A stretch of DNA of 64,000 nt from Candidatus Latescibacterota bacterium (GCA_965215195.1 CBDCDC010000002.1:1888001-1952000); one strand, 5' to 3'. Counted from the stretch's first letter, positions 19,221-29,037 are shown. Numbers and translations: made by a program. The notes: a model not told the origin generated them from the letters alone.

Positions 19221-20438
19221 TCACCTGCGCACTAGGCGGATGCGGTGGTTGCGGGTATCGGCGATGTAGAGGTTGTCGTCCGGGTCGAGTTCGATGCCGT
19301 AGGGGCGGTTGAGCAGGGCGGCCTGCGGATGGCCGCCGTCGCCCGTATCGCCGGATTGGCCGCACTGGCCGGCCACCGTGTATATGGTGCCGTCGAGATC
19401 AATGCGGCGCACGCAGTGATTGAAGGTGTCGGCCAAAAACACGCGGCCCGCCGAGTCAATGGCCACGTCGCAGGGCCAGTACAGCGAAACCGCGAGCGCG
19501 TCGGCCCCGTCTTCCCCGTCCCCGGGCTCGGGTGGGGAGGTGTAGCTAGCCATGGTGACGGTGTCCCGCGCTGAGTTGCCGGCGATGGTGGTGATGATGC
19601 CGGTGGCTGCGTCCACCTTGCGGATGCGGTTGTTGAAGGTATCGGCGAGGTAGAGGTTGCCCAAATCGTCCGTGGCAATGCGGCTCGTGGGCGGTGCCGC
19701 TTGGCTTACGGGGGCCCAGATCCGGGCGTCGATAGCCGGGCCGCCGTCGCCGGAAAAACCCGGCTCGCCCGTGCCGACAACCGTGCGTATGGTGCCGTCG
19801 AGGTCAACCATGCGGATGCGCTGGTTTTCTTGATCGGAGATGTACATGCGTCCGAGCGGGTCAAAGGCCGTCGCGCTCGGCAGATTGATCGTCGCTTGGA
19901 CAGCGGGACCACCGTCGCCGCTGTAGGTGCGCTCGCCCGTGCCGCAGATCGGCTCGACGTAGTCGGTGGCAAAGTCGTAGCGCAGGATCAGGGAATTGTG
20001 CCAAGCCGAGAGTATGAGGCGTCCGAGTGGGTCAAAGGAGATGTGGGTCGGATGGTTGAGGCCGATCTGGCGCGCCCGGCCGGCCGGGGCGTCGCCGAGT
20101 TCGCCGGTGCCGATTAGGGTGCGGATGCTGTCTTGGGCGACGCGCCCTCGGTCGCTCCGGTATCGTGGGTGCTGTCGCGTCTGGGTGCGGACGCTGGCCT
20201 TGGTGGCGACGCGGACGCGGTGATTGTTCCAGTCGAGGATGTAGAGCCGGCCGTCGGGGCCGTAAGTCAGGTCTTGTGGCAGGTAGAAGTGCGCTTGCAG
20301 CAGCGTTGCTTCTTCCGGGCCTTTGCCGGCGTCGCCGCTGCCGGCAAAGGTTTCGATGCGTCCGTAGAGACCGCGAGGACCAGTGGGTGCTTCCCCACAG
20401 GCGAACAAGGCGATGAGCAAAAGGGCTAGATAGATCAT
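19221..20438 (-). CDS. NHL-repeat (beta-propeller) lipoprotein
   Basis: LFAC lipobox; repeated GDGGPA...P..D..G.LYIAD..NHRIR units. Confidence 0.88.
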   Translation of the reverse strand: MIYLALLLIALFACGEAPTGPRGLYGRIETFAGSGDAGKGPEEATLLQAHFYLPQDLTYGPDGRLYILDWNNHRVRVATKASVRTQTRQHPRYRSDRGRVAQDSIRTLIGTGELGDAPAGRARQIGLNHPTHISFDPLGRLILSAWHNSLILRYDFATDYVEPICGTGERTYSGDGGPAVQATINLPSATAFDPLGRMYISDQENQRIRMVDLDGTIRTVVGTGEPGFSGDGGPAIDARIWAPVSQAAPPTSRIATDDLGNLYLADTFNNRIRKVDAATGIITTIAGNSARDTVTMASYTSPPEPGDGEDGADALAVSLYWPCDVAIDSAGRVFLADTFNHCVRRIDLDGTIYTVAGQCGQSGDTGDGGHPQAALLNRPYGIELDPDDNLYIADTRNHRIRLVRR

Positions 20439-21607
20439 GGCAAGACGACGCGGCGGATGCGGTGGTTGTACGTGTCGGCGATATAGAGCCGCCCCTGCGG
20501 GTCAAAGTCAAGTCCGGCCGGTCGGTTGAGGGCTGCGCTGAGGGCCGGTCCGCCATCGCCGGAAAACCCCTCTGCGCCGCTGCCGACAACCGTCTCAAGG
20601 ATGCCGCTTGCTAGGTTGAGGGCGCGGATGCGGTGGTTAAATTCGTCGGCAATGTAGAGCCGGCCATCGGGACCAAAGGCCAAGTCGCGCGGGTTGTTAA
20701 AGGCTGCGCTGAGGGCAGGGCCACCATCGCCGGAGAAATCGGCCGCGCCCGTGCCAGCCACCGTTTCGATCCGGTCGCGGTCAAAGTCAACGCGGCGAAT
20801 GCGCTGGTTGAGGGCGTCGGCAATGTAGAGCCGGCCCTGCGGACCAAAGACCAGGCTCCCAGCCGGCGGCGGATTGGCTCCGGCCGGCAGGTGCAATTGG
20901 GCGTCGCGCGGGCTGCCGCCATCGCCGGCAAACCCGGCCACGCCGGTGCCTACGACGGTGGTGATAATGCCGTCGGGGTCTATTTTGCGCACCCGTTGGT
21001 TGCGCTGGTCGAGGATGTACAGCCCGCCATCGGGGCCTAACACCGTCTGCGGCGGCTGGCTCAGGAGCGCGTCGCGGGCCGGTCCACCGTCGCCGGCAAA
21101 CCCCGGACCCGCGCCGCATATCACTTGGACGAGCCCGGTCTGCGGGTCGTAGAGACGCAGCTTGTGATTGTGCCAAGCCGTCAGCAGCAGGGTGCCATTG
21201 GCCAGCGGCAGGAGGTGGGTCGGGTGGTTGAGGTGGACCTCGGTGCCGGATGCGCCGGGAGGCATTCGGTCAGATTCGTCGTAGGGGCCATCGCCGACGA
21301 AATCCGTGCCAATCGCGGTGACGAGGGTGCCTTCCGGGGTCACGCGGCGCACGCGGTGGTTGTTCCAGTCGAGGAGATAGGTCTGTCCCGAAGGGGTGAA
21401 GGTGAGATCAACGGGCCAGTACAGGGTTGAGGCCAGCAGCGGCTGACCCTCGCCATTAAAGCCAGCTTCGCCCGTGCCGGCATAGGTGCAGATAGTGCCG
21501 GGCGCGTCCGTGCAGAGGGCTTGCGGGCGGCTGTCTGGGCCGGTGCTTTTGGAGCAAGCCGTCAGCAGCAGTGCGAGGATGAGGGGCATGACGCGGTTTG
21601 TGGACAT
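20435..21607 (-). CDS. NHL-repeat (beta-propeller) lipoprotein, tandem paralog
   Basis: LTAC lipobox; same repeats; both paralogs share YxLDWNNHRVR, LNHPTH and AWHN. Start at 21607 or 21589. Confidence 0.88.
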   Translation of the reverse strand: MSTNRVMPLILALLLTACSKSTGPDSRPQALCTDAPGTICTYAGTGEAGFNGEGQPLLASTLYWPVDLTFTPSGQTYLLDWNNHRVRRVTPEGTLVTAIGTDFVGDGPYDESDRMPPGASGTEVHLNHPTHLLPLANGTLLLTAWHNHKLRLYDPQTGLVQVICGAGPGFAGDGGPARDALLSQPPQTVLGPDGGLYILDQRNQRVRKIDPDGIITTVVGTGVAGFAGDGGSPRDAQLHLPAGANPPPAGSLVFGPQGRLYIADALNQRIRRVDFDRDRIETVAGTGAADFSGDGGPALSAAFNNPRDLAFGPDGRLYIADEFNHRIRALNLASGILETVVGSGAEGFSGDGGPALSAALNRPAGLDFDPQGRLYIADTYNHRIRRVVLP

Positions 21608-21670
21608 AGACGGCTGGAGTCGGGTGTCGCGTAGTAAGCAGTAAATATACAAAAAAATGAACGCTGTAAA

Positions 21671-23602
21671 TTGTCGATTTTTCAGGGGCGGTATAACGTG
21701 ACTTTTCGCTCGGCCGTGCTGGGGATTGTGGTCGTGATGGCCATTGTCACGGGGGCACCCTATTCGATTTGGATGGTGCGCTCTTCCGAGATTACGTGGT
21801 CGTATTTTCCAACTAGCGCGGGTTTTTGCTTTGTGGTACTTCTGCTGGCCAATGCGCTGGTGCGGTGGGTGCTGCCCACGTGGGTGCTGCGGCCGGCCGA
21901 GTTGGCTACCATTGTGATCATGGGCTTGGCCGCGACCGGGATTCCCACCTTTATCGTCGGGACTTTGCTGGCGATCATTTCATCGCCTTACTACGGAGCC
22001 ACCGCGGAAAACGACTGGGCGGGCAACATCCATCCCTACCTGCCCGATTGGGTCGTGCCCCGCGCCGATGGCGACGCCATGCGCTGGTTCTACGAGGGGC
22101 TGCCCAAGGGGCAAGCCCTGCCGTTTGAGGTCTGGATCGGGCCGCTGTTTTGGCTGTTGAGCCTGATCCTGAGCGCGTACTTCGCCTGCTTCTGCTTGGT
22201 GGTGATCTTCCGCCGCCAATGGGTTGAGCACGAGCGGTTGGTCTTTCCACTGATGGAGATGCCGCGGCTGCTGATTGACGACGACGGGCGGGCGATTGTG
22301 CGCTCTAAGGGGTTTTGGATCGGCGCGGCCATTCCACTGGGGATGATCCTCTTCAATATCATTGGCTCGTTCTACATCGGCTTTCCCAAAATCAACTTCA
22401 ACCACGCCGTCAATCTGCAACTGAGCCGGGAGTTTCCCACCATCAGCCTGATGCTCTACTTCCCGGTGATCGGCTTTATGTATTTAGTCAGCACCAGCGT
22501 CTCGTTCAGCATCGTGTTCTTTTACTTGGTGGCCGTCTTGCAGGAGGGCATTACCAACCGCATCGGCTACGACGTGACGCGGCCCGACGCCTTCGTCTGG
22601 GGGATGCAGTCGCTTTCTTGGCAGGCTTGGGGTGGATTTACGGCCATGGTGCTGTTGAGCTTGTGGATGGCGCGGCAGCACTTGGCGGCGGTCGTGCGCC
22701 AAGCCTTGGGGGGACGGCGGACCCTAGACGACCGCGCGGAAATGGTTTCCTATCGCACGGCGGTTTGCGGATTCATGGCCGCGTTGGTCTATATCCTCGG
22801 CTGGCTGTGGCGGTCCGGGATGGATCTGCACATTGCCGCGCTCTTTGTCTTTGGCGTGTTGGTCGCGTACTACGGCATCACCCGGCTGGTGGTGCAGGCC
22901 GGGGTCTATTTTTTGACGCCGCCAGTGGGTGCGCAGGCTTTTGCTTTGGCGATAACTGGCACGAGTATCGGCGGGCACAATCTGGTGGCACTGGGGGTTT
23001 CCTATACTTGGTTCGGCGACGTGCAATCGCTCTTTATGCCGGCGGCAGCACACGGTGCCCGGCTCGGCGAGCTGTACCGGATTCGCCGCTCCATGGCCCT
23101 CGCGTTGGGCCTGGCCGCGGTCGTGGGCTTCACTACCTGCCTCTATTTCGTGCTCTCGCTGTGCTACAAATACGGCGCGGGCAATTTCGGCTCCTGGTAC
23201 TTTATCGCCGGCGGTGGTGCCGGCGGCATGGCGTACAACGGGGTGATTCGCCACTTCAACGATCCTTGGCCGACGGATTGGAACAAGCTGTCCTACTTTG
23301 GGATCGGGCTGGTGGCGTACTCAATTTTGGCCTTCCTGCAGTATCGCTTTCACTGGTGGCCCCTGCACCCGGTGGGCATTGCAGTAGCCCCGCTGTGGAT
23401 GACGCGGCTCATTGCGTTTTCGATCTTGCTGGCGTGGGTGGCCAAGAGCGCGATTATGCGCTATGGGGGGATTGCGGCGTACCGCGAGGCGCGGCCGTTT
23501 TTCATGGGGTTGATCGCCGGGTATTTCTTGGGGATTGGGTTGTCGTATTTGGTGGATATTTTCTGGTTTATGGGCGAGGGGCATGCGTATTTTCACGGGT
23601 GA
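21671..23602 (+). CDS. DUF6785/DUF6784-like polytopic membrane protein (OPT-related)
   Basis: FRRQWVEHERLVFPL, WWPLHPVG and AWVAKSAIMRYGG...YREARPFFMGLIAG motifs. Start may be GTG 21698. Confidence 0.75.
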   Translation: MSIFQGRYNVTFRSAVLGIVVVMAIVTGAPYSIWMVRSSEITWSYFPTSAGFCFVVLLLANALVRWVLPTWVLRPAELATIVIMGLAATGIPTFIVGTLLAIISSPYYGATAENDWAGNIHPYLPDWVVPRADGDAMRWFYEGLPKGQALPFEVWIGPLFWLLSLILSAYFACFCLVVIFRRQWVEHERLVFPLMEMPRLLIDDDGRAIVRSKGFWIGAAIPLGMILFNIIGSFYIGFPKINFNHAVNLQLSREFPTISLMLYFPVIGFMYLVSTSVSFSIVFFYLVAVLQEGITNRIGYDVTRPDAFVWGMQSLSWQAWGGFTAMVLLSLWMARQHLAAVVRQALGGRRTLDDRAEMVSYRTAVCGFMAALVYILGWLWRSGMDLHIAALFVFGVLVAYYGITRLVVQAGVYFLTPPVGAQAFALAITGTSIGGHNLVALGVSYTWFGDVQSLFMPAAAHGARLGELYRIRRSMALALGLAAVVGFTTCLYFVLSLCYKYGAGNFGSWYFIAGGGAGGMAYNGVIRHFNDPWPTDWNKLSYFGIGLVAYSILAFLQYRFHWWPLHPVGIAVAPLWMTRLIAFSILLAWVAKSAIMRYGGIAAYREARPFFMGLIAGYFLGIGLSYLVDIFWFMGEGHAYFHG

Positions 23603-23657
23603 GTGGCGGGAGCGGCTTCGCCCGCCTCGCCGAGTTTGCTCGCGGCCTTCCTCATCG

Positions 23658-23984
23658 TCAGGTGGTGTTTGTGATTCGCGCACTCACAAGCCGATTCAGG
23701 CTCACCCCTTGCTCGGCCGCTTGGAGGGCGAGGGCGCGGTGCGATTCCGGCGGCAAACGCACCATGAACTTCCCGCTATAGTTGCGGTCCGCTATTGGCT
23801 CTGGCGCGGTTTCTCCGGTGGTTTGCATGTCTGCCAGACACTGGCGCACAAGGCGCTGGATGCCGGACAACGCCGCAGCAGGCGTAGGCGCTAGCCAGCT
23901 CAGCGATGGGAATTCAGCGCATAGCCCCACATGTTCGTTGTCTTCAGCCGACCACGTGATGCGATAAGTATAATGGTCGCTCAT
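23658..23984 (-). CDS. hicB: HicB family antitoxin
   Basis: YTYRITWSAEDNEHVGLCAEFPSLSWLA...YSGKFMVRLPPESHRALALQAAEQGVSLN; ATGA overlap with hicA. Confidence 0.9.
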   Translation of the reverse strand: MSDHYTYRITWSAEDNEHVGLCAEFPSLSWLAPTPAAALSGIQRLVRQCLADMQTTGETAPEPIADRNYSGKFMVRLPPESHRALALQAAEQGVSLNRLVSARITNTT

Positions 23985-24229
23985 TTCATACCCTCCAATT
24001 TCTCGATTGCCTTGATGACTTGGCGGACTTGATATGGCTTGGCCATGCCCTTGGCGTTTTGGATGTTTACTCGCGGATCGCCTAGCCACGGTGTTCGGTA
24101 AACTCGATGGCTGGTGCTCTTCTGGCGCGGCTCTCCGAAATATGCGTCGCACACTTTGGCGAGATCGGCAAACCGCACCCCTTGCGGATTATTGCGAATC
24201 GCCCTGAGGATTTCTGTCGTGCTCGCCAT
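23981..24229 (-). CDS. hicA: HicA family toxin
   Basis: NPQGVRFADLAKVCDAYFGEPRQ..SHRVY...AKPYQVRQV. Confidence 0.88.
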   Translation of the reverse strand: MASTTEILRAIRNNPQGVRFADLAKVCDAYFGEPRQKSTSHRVYRTPWLGDPRVNIQNAKGMAKPYQVRQVIKAIEKLEGMK

Positions 24230-24235
24230 AAGAAT

Positions 24236-24264
24236 ATGATGTCGATAATGATACTACATGTCAA
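24236..24264 (-). promoter_or_regulatory. Putative sigma70 promoter of hicAB
   Basis: TTGACA-17 nt-CATCAT on the minus strand, ending 6 nt before the hicA ATG. The spacer contains an imperfect palindrome that could be an operator. Confidence 0.55.
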
Positions 24265-24392
24265 GCAAAAGCGGCTCCTCCGTCGAGTTGTTATCACGGT
24301 CAACAGGCACGCCGCCGCCCGCGCTTGAACCCCCTCCGTCGATACTCTATCTTGACAGCCGCTCCTCCCATTCCACAGACAAAGCAAATCCC

Positions 24393-27300
24393 ATGTCCAA
24401 ACTACTCAATGTGTCCTTTTTGCTGTTCGCCGCTGCCATGATTGCGGTCGTCGGTTTTGGCGATCCGGGCGCAATCAATCAAGCGGTAAACGATTTCTTC
24501 GGCTGGGCACCCAATCCGCCCGTAGAGACGCGGCTGGTGGATCCCGCGCAAGCCGCCCAGCTACGCGCTCTAGTCGCCGATATTGACGAGGCCGACATTG
24601 CCGCTGCGATCGCACGCTTTGCGGCCTTTGGCTCGCGGGTGCCGGGCTACGACGGAGAGCGCCAGGCCCGCGACTACGTGCGCCAGCGGTTTGAGGCGCT
24701 GGGGCTGGAGAACGTGCAGAGCGAGGCGTTTACTGTGGCCGTGCCCATCGATCGCGGCGGCGAGCTAGTGGTGCAAGGCGAGCGCAAACGCCTGTACAGC
24801 TTGTGGCCCAATGGCGTACGCACGCCCTCGCTGGGGCCGGATGGGGTGCGCGGCCCCCTAATCTACGGGGGGGAACTAACCGCGCTCGATGGCCAGCAGG
24901 TGGAAGGCAGCGTCGTGCTCATGGACTTTGGCTGTGGCCAGCAGTACCTCCACGCCGCATCGCTGGGGGCCAAGGCCATCGTCTTTTTCGACAACGGCGG
25001 CGTCAACCGCGAGCAGGCCGCGGACAAGTTCCTCAAGGTGCCGGTTGACATCCCGCGATTTTGGCTCGAGCGGCGAGACGCGCTCGCGCTGTTGGCGCGC
25101 CTGCAAGACGGGCCGGTCGCCGTCCACTTAAATGCGCGGATGGATTGGCAAGGCGTGGAAGCGCACAACGTGTATGGCTACCTGCCCGGGTCGCCACAGA
25201 TGCTGCCGGCCAAGAGCCGAGAAAAGCCGCAGGCGTGGCAGGAGCAAACCATCGTCATCCAAGCCTATTACGACGCCATCTCGGTCGTGCCGGCCCTCGC
25301 CCCGGGGGCGGAAAACGCGGCCGGGATCGTCGCCCTGCTCCAGCTAGTGGAGCTGCTCAAAGCGCATCGCCCGCACTACTCGGTGCTCTTTTTGGCAACC
25401 TCCGGGCACTTTCAGGGCCTGTCCGGGATCAACGATTTCCTCTACCGGCACAGCCGCCGCAGCGACTATTTCCGCGAGCGCATGAGCGCGGCCGAGCGCA
25501 TTGACTTCGACCTGATGCTATCGCTGGATCTGTCGAGCCACGCCGACCGCACGGCCAGCTTTGGCATGGGCACCTTCTACAATCCCAAGTGGCGCACCGA
25601 CAACTACGTCAAATACATGTTGACGCCCTATTCCAAGCGGTTGAGCCTCGCGGTTGAAGAGACCTTTGGCGACACCACGCGTCACTACGAGGGCATTGCC
25701 CCGCCCAAGCGCACGTGGAAAAACTTCATGCCCATCCCGCTCGCCTTTGCCAGCGAGGCCGCGGCCTTCGTCGGCTATAAGGCCCTCGCCCTCGCTACGG
25801 CCAACGACGCACGCGAGCACATCGACACGCCGCTCGACCTGCCGGAGGCCGTAGATGTGCACAATCTCACTCGGCAGATACGGACGCTCGCGGCCATGTT
25901 GGCGTGGGCCGGCCGCGACGCCGAGCTGCTCAAGCCGACCAAGTTGGAACTCGAAGACTACGGCCACAGCTTGGCGGGCGCGATCTATTGGTTCGACCGG
26001 GACGTCAACTTTGCCGTCCCCAAGAAGCCAGTGCCGCAGGCGCTGGTGACCTATCAGCAGCTCGGAACGAACTCGGTCGGCGGAGTTCGCACCTTGATCG
26101 CGCAAGAGGCCGACGATGCGGGCCGCTTCCACTTTGACATCATGCGCAACAAGCTAGACAACGCCATCCGCGCGTACGAACTCGATCCCTACGGCGCGAT
26201 TATCTCGGCACCGGACATGGGCCAAGAGGGCGACGAAACGTACCCGACCATGCATCCGTGGGGCTGGTGGGAAAACGAGATGCTGCAAGTGCTCTTCAAA
26301 TGCCGAGCGCTGAGCTTGTTCGAGACCGTTGACTCGCGCTACCTGTCGGTCTTGGACCACGTGACCGTACTCGACGAGCGCGATGGCGTGCCCCAGTCGT
26401 GGGGGGCCGATTTCGTCGAAAAGCAGAGCAATGAGGAGGGCAAAGTAACCCTCGCTGCGGTGGTGTACGCCCAACCCGGCACCCGGGTCAAAGTCCTGAT
26501 GAGCACGAGCCTGTTCGGGGTGCGCTACCTGCTGAGCGGCGCACCCGCCGAATGGGTGGCCGAGCCGGTGCGCCCGGCCGACGTGGATGAGCCCATGATA
26601 GAGCAGGCCCTCGGGCGCGGCTATCCCGTGGATCGAGGCGTGGTGCTCCGCCCGGGGTACGCGGCCGCGCGCGACATGTGGGTCCTCGACGACGTGCGGA
26701 TCAAGCAGCTCGCACGCTACGGGGTGCGCAACGACAAGTTCATGCGCCTGCACGAAGAGGCGCGCTTGGCCCTGTTGGAGGCCGAAGAGCACTTGCAGGC
26801 GCAGCGGTACAGCGAGTTCAAGCGGGCCACGCGCAAGGCGTGGGGTCTCGAAGGGCGGGGCTACCCAGACATCAAATCGACCGCGGACGACACAGTCTAT
26901 GGGGTGATCTTCTACTTCGCGCTGCTGCTGCCGTTTTCGTTTTGCTGCGAGCGGCTGTTCTTCGGCTTTGCCGACATCCGCCGCCAAGTGGCGGGCGCGG
27001 CGTTTTTCTTCTTGGCGATCTTCCTCGTCATGCGCTTTATCCACCCGGCCTTCAAGCTGAGCTCATCGCCGTACATCATCTTTTTGGCCTTCGTCATTTT
27101 CGCCATCGGCGGCACGGCCCTGCTGATGATCTTGGGCCGCTTTACCCGCGCCGTAGGCCAGCGCAAGCGGGCCGCGGCCGGCGTCCACGAAGCGGACATC
27201 GGTCGCCTCAGCGCCACGGCCGCGGCCGCGTCGCTGGGGATTTCCAACCTGCGCAAGCGCAAGTTGCGCACCGCCCTGACGGTTGTCACCCTGACGCTTT

Positions 27301-29006
27301 TGACCTTTACGGCCCAGGCCTTCACCTCGGTGCAGAGCTATCTCAAGTTCTATCAGATCCCCCGCCCGAATGCGCCCAGCTACGAAGGGGCCCTGCTGCG
27401 CGACCGCGGCTGGAAGGGCTTGCAGCTATCGGTGCTCGACTATGCAGAGAGCGCGTTTGGCGACCGAGCGCAGGTGCTGCCGAGGTCGTGGGTGACCTCC
27501 AAGGTCATTGGCGAGCGGGCCTATATCGACATTGAACACAAGCTGGCGCAGAAGAAGAGCTTTGCCTCGGCCCTCCTCGGGGTGACCCCGGGCGAGGGCG
27601 CGGTGATGGGGTTGGAGGGGCTGTTGGTGGGGCCGGCGAGCCGCTGGTTTGCGGCCGGCGAGCGCGATGTGTGCATCCTGCCGGTGGCTATGGCCGCGAT
27701 CTTGGGCATTGGCCCGGACAAGGTGGGCACGGCCCACATTGGGCTGATGGGGCGGTCCTATCGGGTCATTGGCTTAATCGACGGCGAGGCCATTGACCGG
27801 CTGCGCGACTTGGACAACGAGAGCCTGATGCCCGTGGACACGGTCGCCGAGGCCAAGAAGATGGAGGAAATGGCCGGCTTGGACCCGCGCCTGATGGACA
27901 CGGCCGCGATTGAGACCTTTACCCATCTGCTGGCCAACAACGTGGCGTTCTTGCCCTACCAGCAGGTCGTCGATTTGGGCGGTACGCTGCGCTCCATTGC
28001 CATTGCCGGCTTTGCCGATCGGGAGACCTTGCTCGCCGAGGTTGAGGAATTCGTGTCGCGGGTGGCCGTGCCGCTCTTTGTCGGGGCTGGCGACCGCGTG
28101 CGGGTGTACACGTCCATGGGATCGGCGTCTTTGGCCGGGATTGGCAACCTCTTCGTGCCCTTGTTGATCGCCTCGCTGATCGTGCTCAACACCATGCTCG
28201 GGGCCGTGTACGAGCGCTCCGGCGAGATCGGGGTGTATTCGTCGGTGGGGCTGGCGCCGAGCCACATTGCCGCGCTCTTCATGGCCGAGGCCCTCGTGTT
28301 TGCCATTGTCGGCGCGGTGCTGGGCTATTTGGTCGGGCAGACCACGACCCTGCTGCTGGCGCACTACGCGCTCTTGAGCGGAATGTTTCTCAACTACTCG
28401 TCGCTGTCGGCGATCTTCTCGACCTTGATCGTAATGGTGGTGGTGGTGCTCTCGACCCTGTATCCGGCGCGCAAGGCCGCGGCCATGGCCGTGCCCGACG
28501 TGACGCGGCGCTGGGAGTTTCCCCCGCCCGATGGCGACGACTGGCGCTTTGACTTCCCCTTTACGCTGGGCAAGGGCGATGCCTTGGGCTCGTGCGCGTA
28601 CTTGCACCGGGTCTTTTCGTCCTATGGCGAGGGATCGGTGGGCGACTTTATGACCGAGGGCGTGGATTTCCACTTGGAGCAGGGCGGCGCACAGCCGGTC
28701 TATTTGCTGGAGCTGATGGTGTGGCTCGCGCCCTACGACTTGGGGGTGAGCCAGCGGGTGTTCCTACGCACCTTGCCGACCGACGACATTCCGGGCATTT
28801 ACCGCATTGAGATGCACTTACAGCGCATAAGCGGCGATGTGGTGAGCTGGCAGCGGCTCAACACCAGCTTCCTCAATGTGCTGCGCAAGCGCTTCTTGGT
28901 CTGGCGGACGATTGCGCCCGAAGTGCGAGAGGAATACTTGATTGAGGGCGAGAAGTTGGCGCAGGGGACGGGGGTGGCGCAACCACAAGTTCTAGATATT
29001 AGCTGA
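24393..29006 (+). CDS. M28-peptidase-like/PA domain fused to a MacB/FtsX-like permease
   Basis: FGSRVPGY, NVYGYLPG, IVIQAYYD...PGAENAAG M28-like motifs; SNLRKRKLRTALT and AVYERSGEIGVYSSVG...FMAEA FtsX motifs. Probable start MSKLL at 24393. Confidence 0.8.
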   Translation: MSKLLNVSFLLFAAAMIAVVGFGDPGAINQAVNDFFGWAPNPPVETRLVDPAQAAQLRALVADIDEADIAAAIARFAAFGSRVPGYDGERQARDYVRQRFEALGLENVQSEAFTVAVPIDRGGELVVQGERKRLYSLWPNGVRTPSLGPDGVRGPLIYGGELTALDGQQVEGSVVLMDFGCGQQYLHAASLGAKAIVFFDNGGVNREQAADKFLKVPVDIPRFWLERRDALALLARLQDGPVAVHLNARMDWQGVEAHNVYGYLPGSPQMLPAKSREKPQAWQEQTIVIQAYYDAISVVPALAPGAENAAGIVALLQLVELLKAHRPHYSVLFLATSGHFQGLSGINDFLYRHSRRSDYFRERMSAAERIDFDLMLSLDLSSHADRTASFGMGTFYNPKWRTDNYVKYMLTPYSKRLSLAVEETFGDTTRHYEGIAPPKRTWKNFMPIPLAFASEAAAFVGYKALALATANDAREHIDTPLDLPEAVDVHNLTRQIRTLAAMLAWAGRDAELLKPTKLELEDYGHSLAGAIYWFDRDVNFAVPKKPVPQALVTYQQLGTNSVGGVRTLIAQEADDAGRFHFDIMRNKLDNAIRAYELDPYGAIISAPDMGQEGDETYPTMHPWGWWENEMLQVLFKCRALSLFETVDSRYLSVLDHVTVLDERDGVPQSWGADFVEKQSNEEGKVTLAAVVYAQPGTRVKVLMSTSLFGVRYLLSGAPAEWVAEPVRPADVDEPMIEQALGRGYPVDRGVVLRPGYAAARDMWVLDDVRIKQLARYGVRNDKFMRLHEEARLALLEAEEHLQAQRYSEFKRATRKAWGLEGRGYPDIKSTADDTVYGVIFYFALLLPFSFCCERLFFGFADIRRQVAGAAFFFLAIFLVMRFIHPAFKLSSSPYIIFLAFVIFAIGGTALLMILGRFTRAVGQRKRAAAGVHEADIGRLSATAAAASLGISNLRKRKLRTALTVVTLTLLTFTAQAFTSVQSYLKFYQIPRPNAPSYEGALLRDRGWKGLQLSVLDYAESAFGDRAQVLPRSWVTSKVIGERAYIDIEHKLAQKKSFASALLGVTPGEGAVMGLEGLLVGPASRWFAAGERDVCILPVAMAAILGIGPDKVGTAHIGLMGRSYRVIGLIDGEAIDRLRDLDNESLMPVDTVAEAKKMEEMAGLDPRLMDTAAIETFTHLLANNVAFLPYQQVVDLGGTLRSIAIAGFADRETLLAEVEEFVSRVAVPLFVGAGDRVRVYTSMGSASLAGIGNLFVPLLIASLIVLNTMLGAVYERSGEIGVYSSVGLAPSHIAALFMAEALVFAIVGAVLGYLVGQTTTLLLAHYALLSGMFLNYSSLSAIFSTLIVMVVVVLSTLYPARKAAAMAVPDVTRRWEFPPPDGDDWRFDFPFTLGKGDALGSCAYLHRVFSSYGEGSVGDFMTEGVDFHLEQGGAQPVYLLELMVWLAPYDLGVSQRVFLRTLPTDDIPGIYRIEMHLQRISGDVVSWQRLNTSFLNVLRKRFLVWRTIAPEVREEYLIEGEKLAQGTGVAQPQVLDIS

Positions 29007-29037
29007 CTGAGAAAGACGCCTTAGCACTGTTCGGAGA

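Noticed and set aside
21620-21700. Divergent promoters in the AT-rich gap between the NHL and DUF6785-like genes
   Set aside because: Candidate -35/-10 hexamers are spaced about 15 nt apart; too weak to call.
22315-23781. Long alternative-frame ORFs (this 488-aa ORF; also 2648..3751, 6639..7610, 15470..16387)
   Set aside because: They are shadow ORFs overlapping well-supported genes in GC-rich DNA, with no recognisable motifs.
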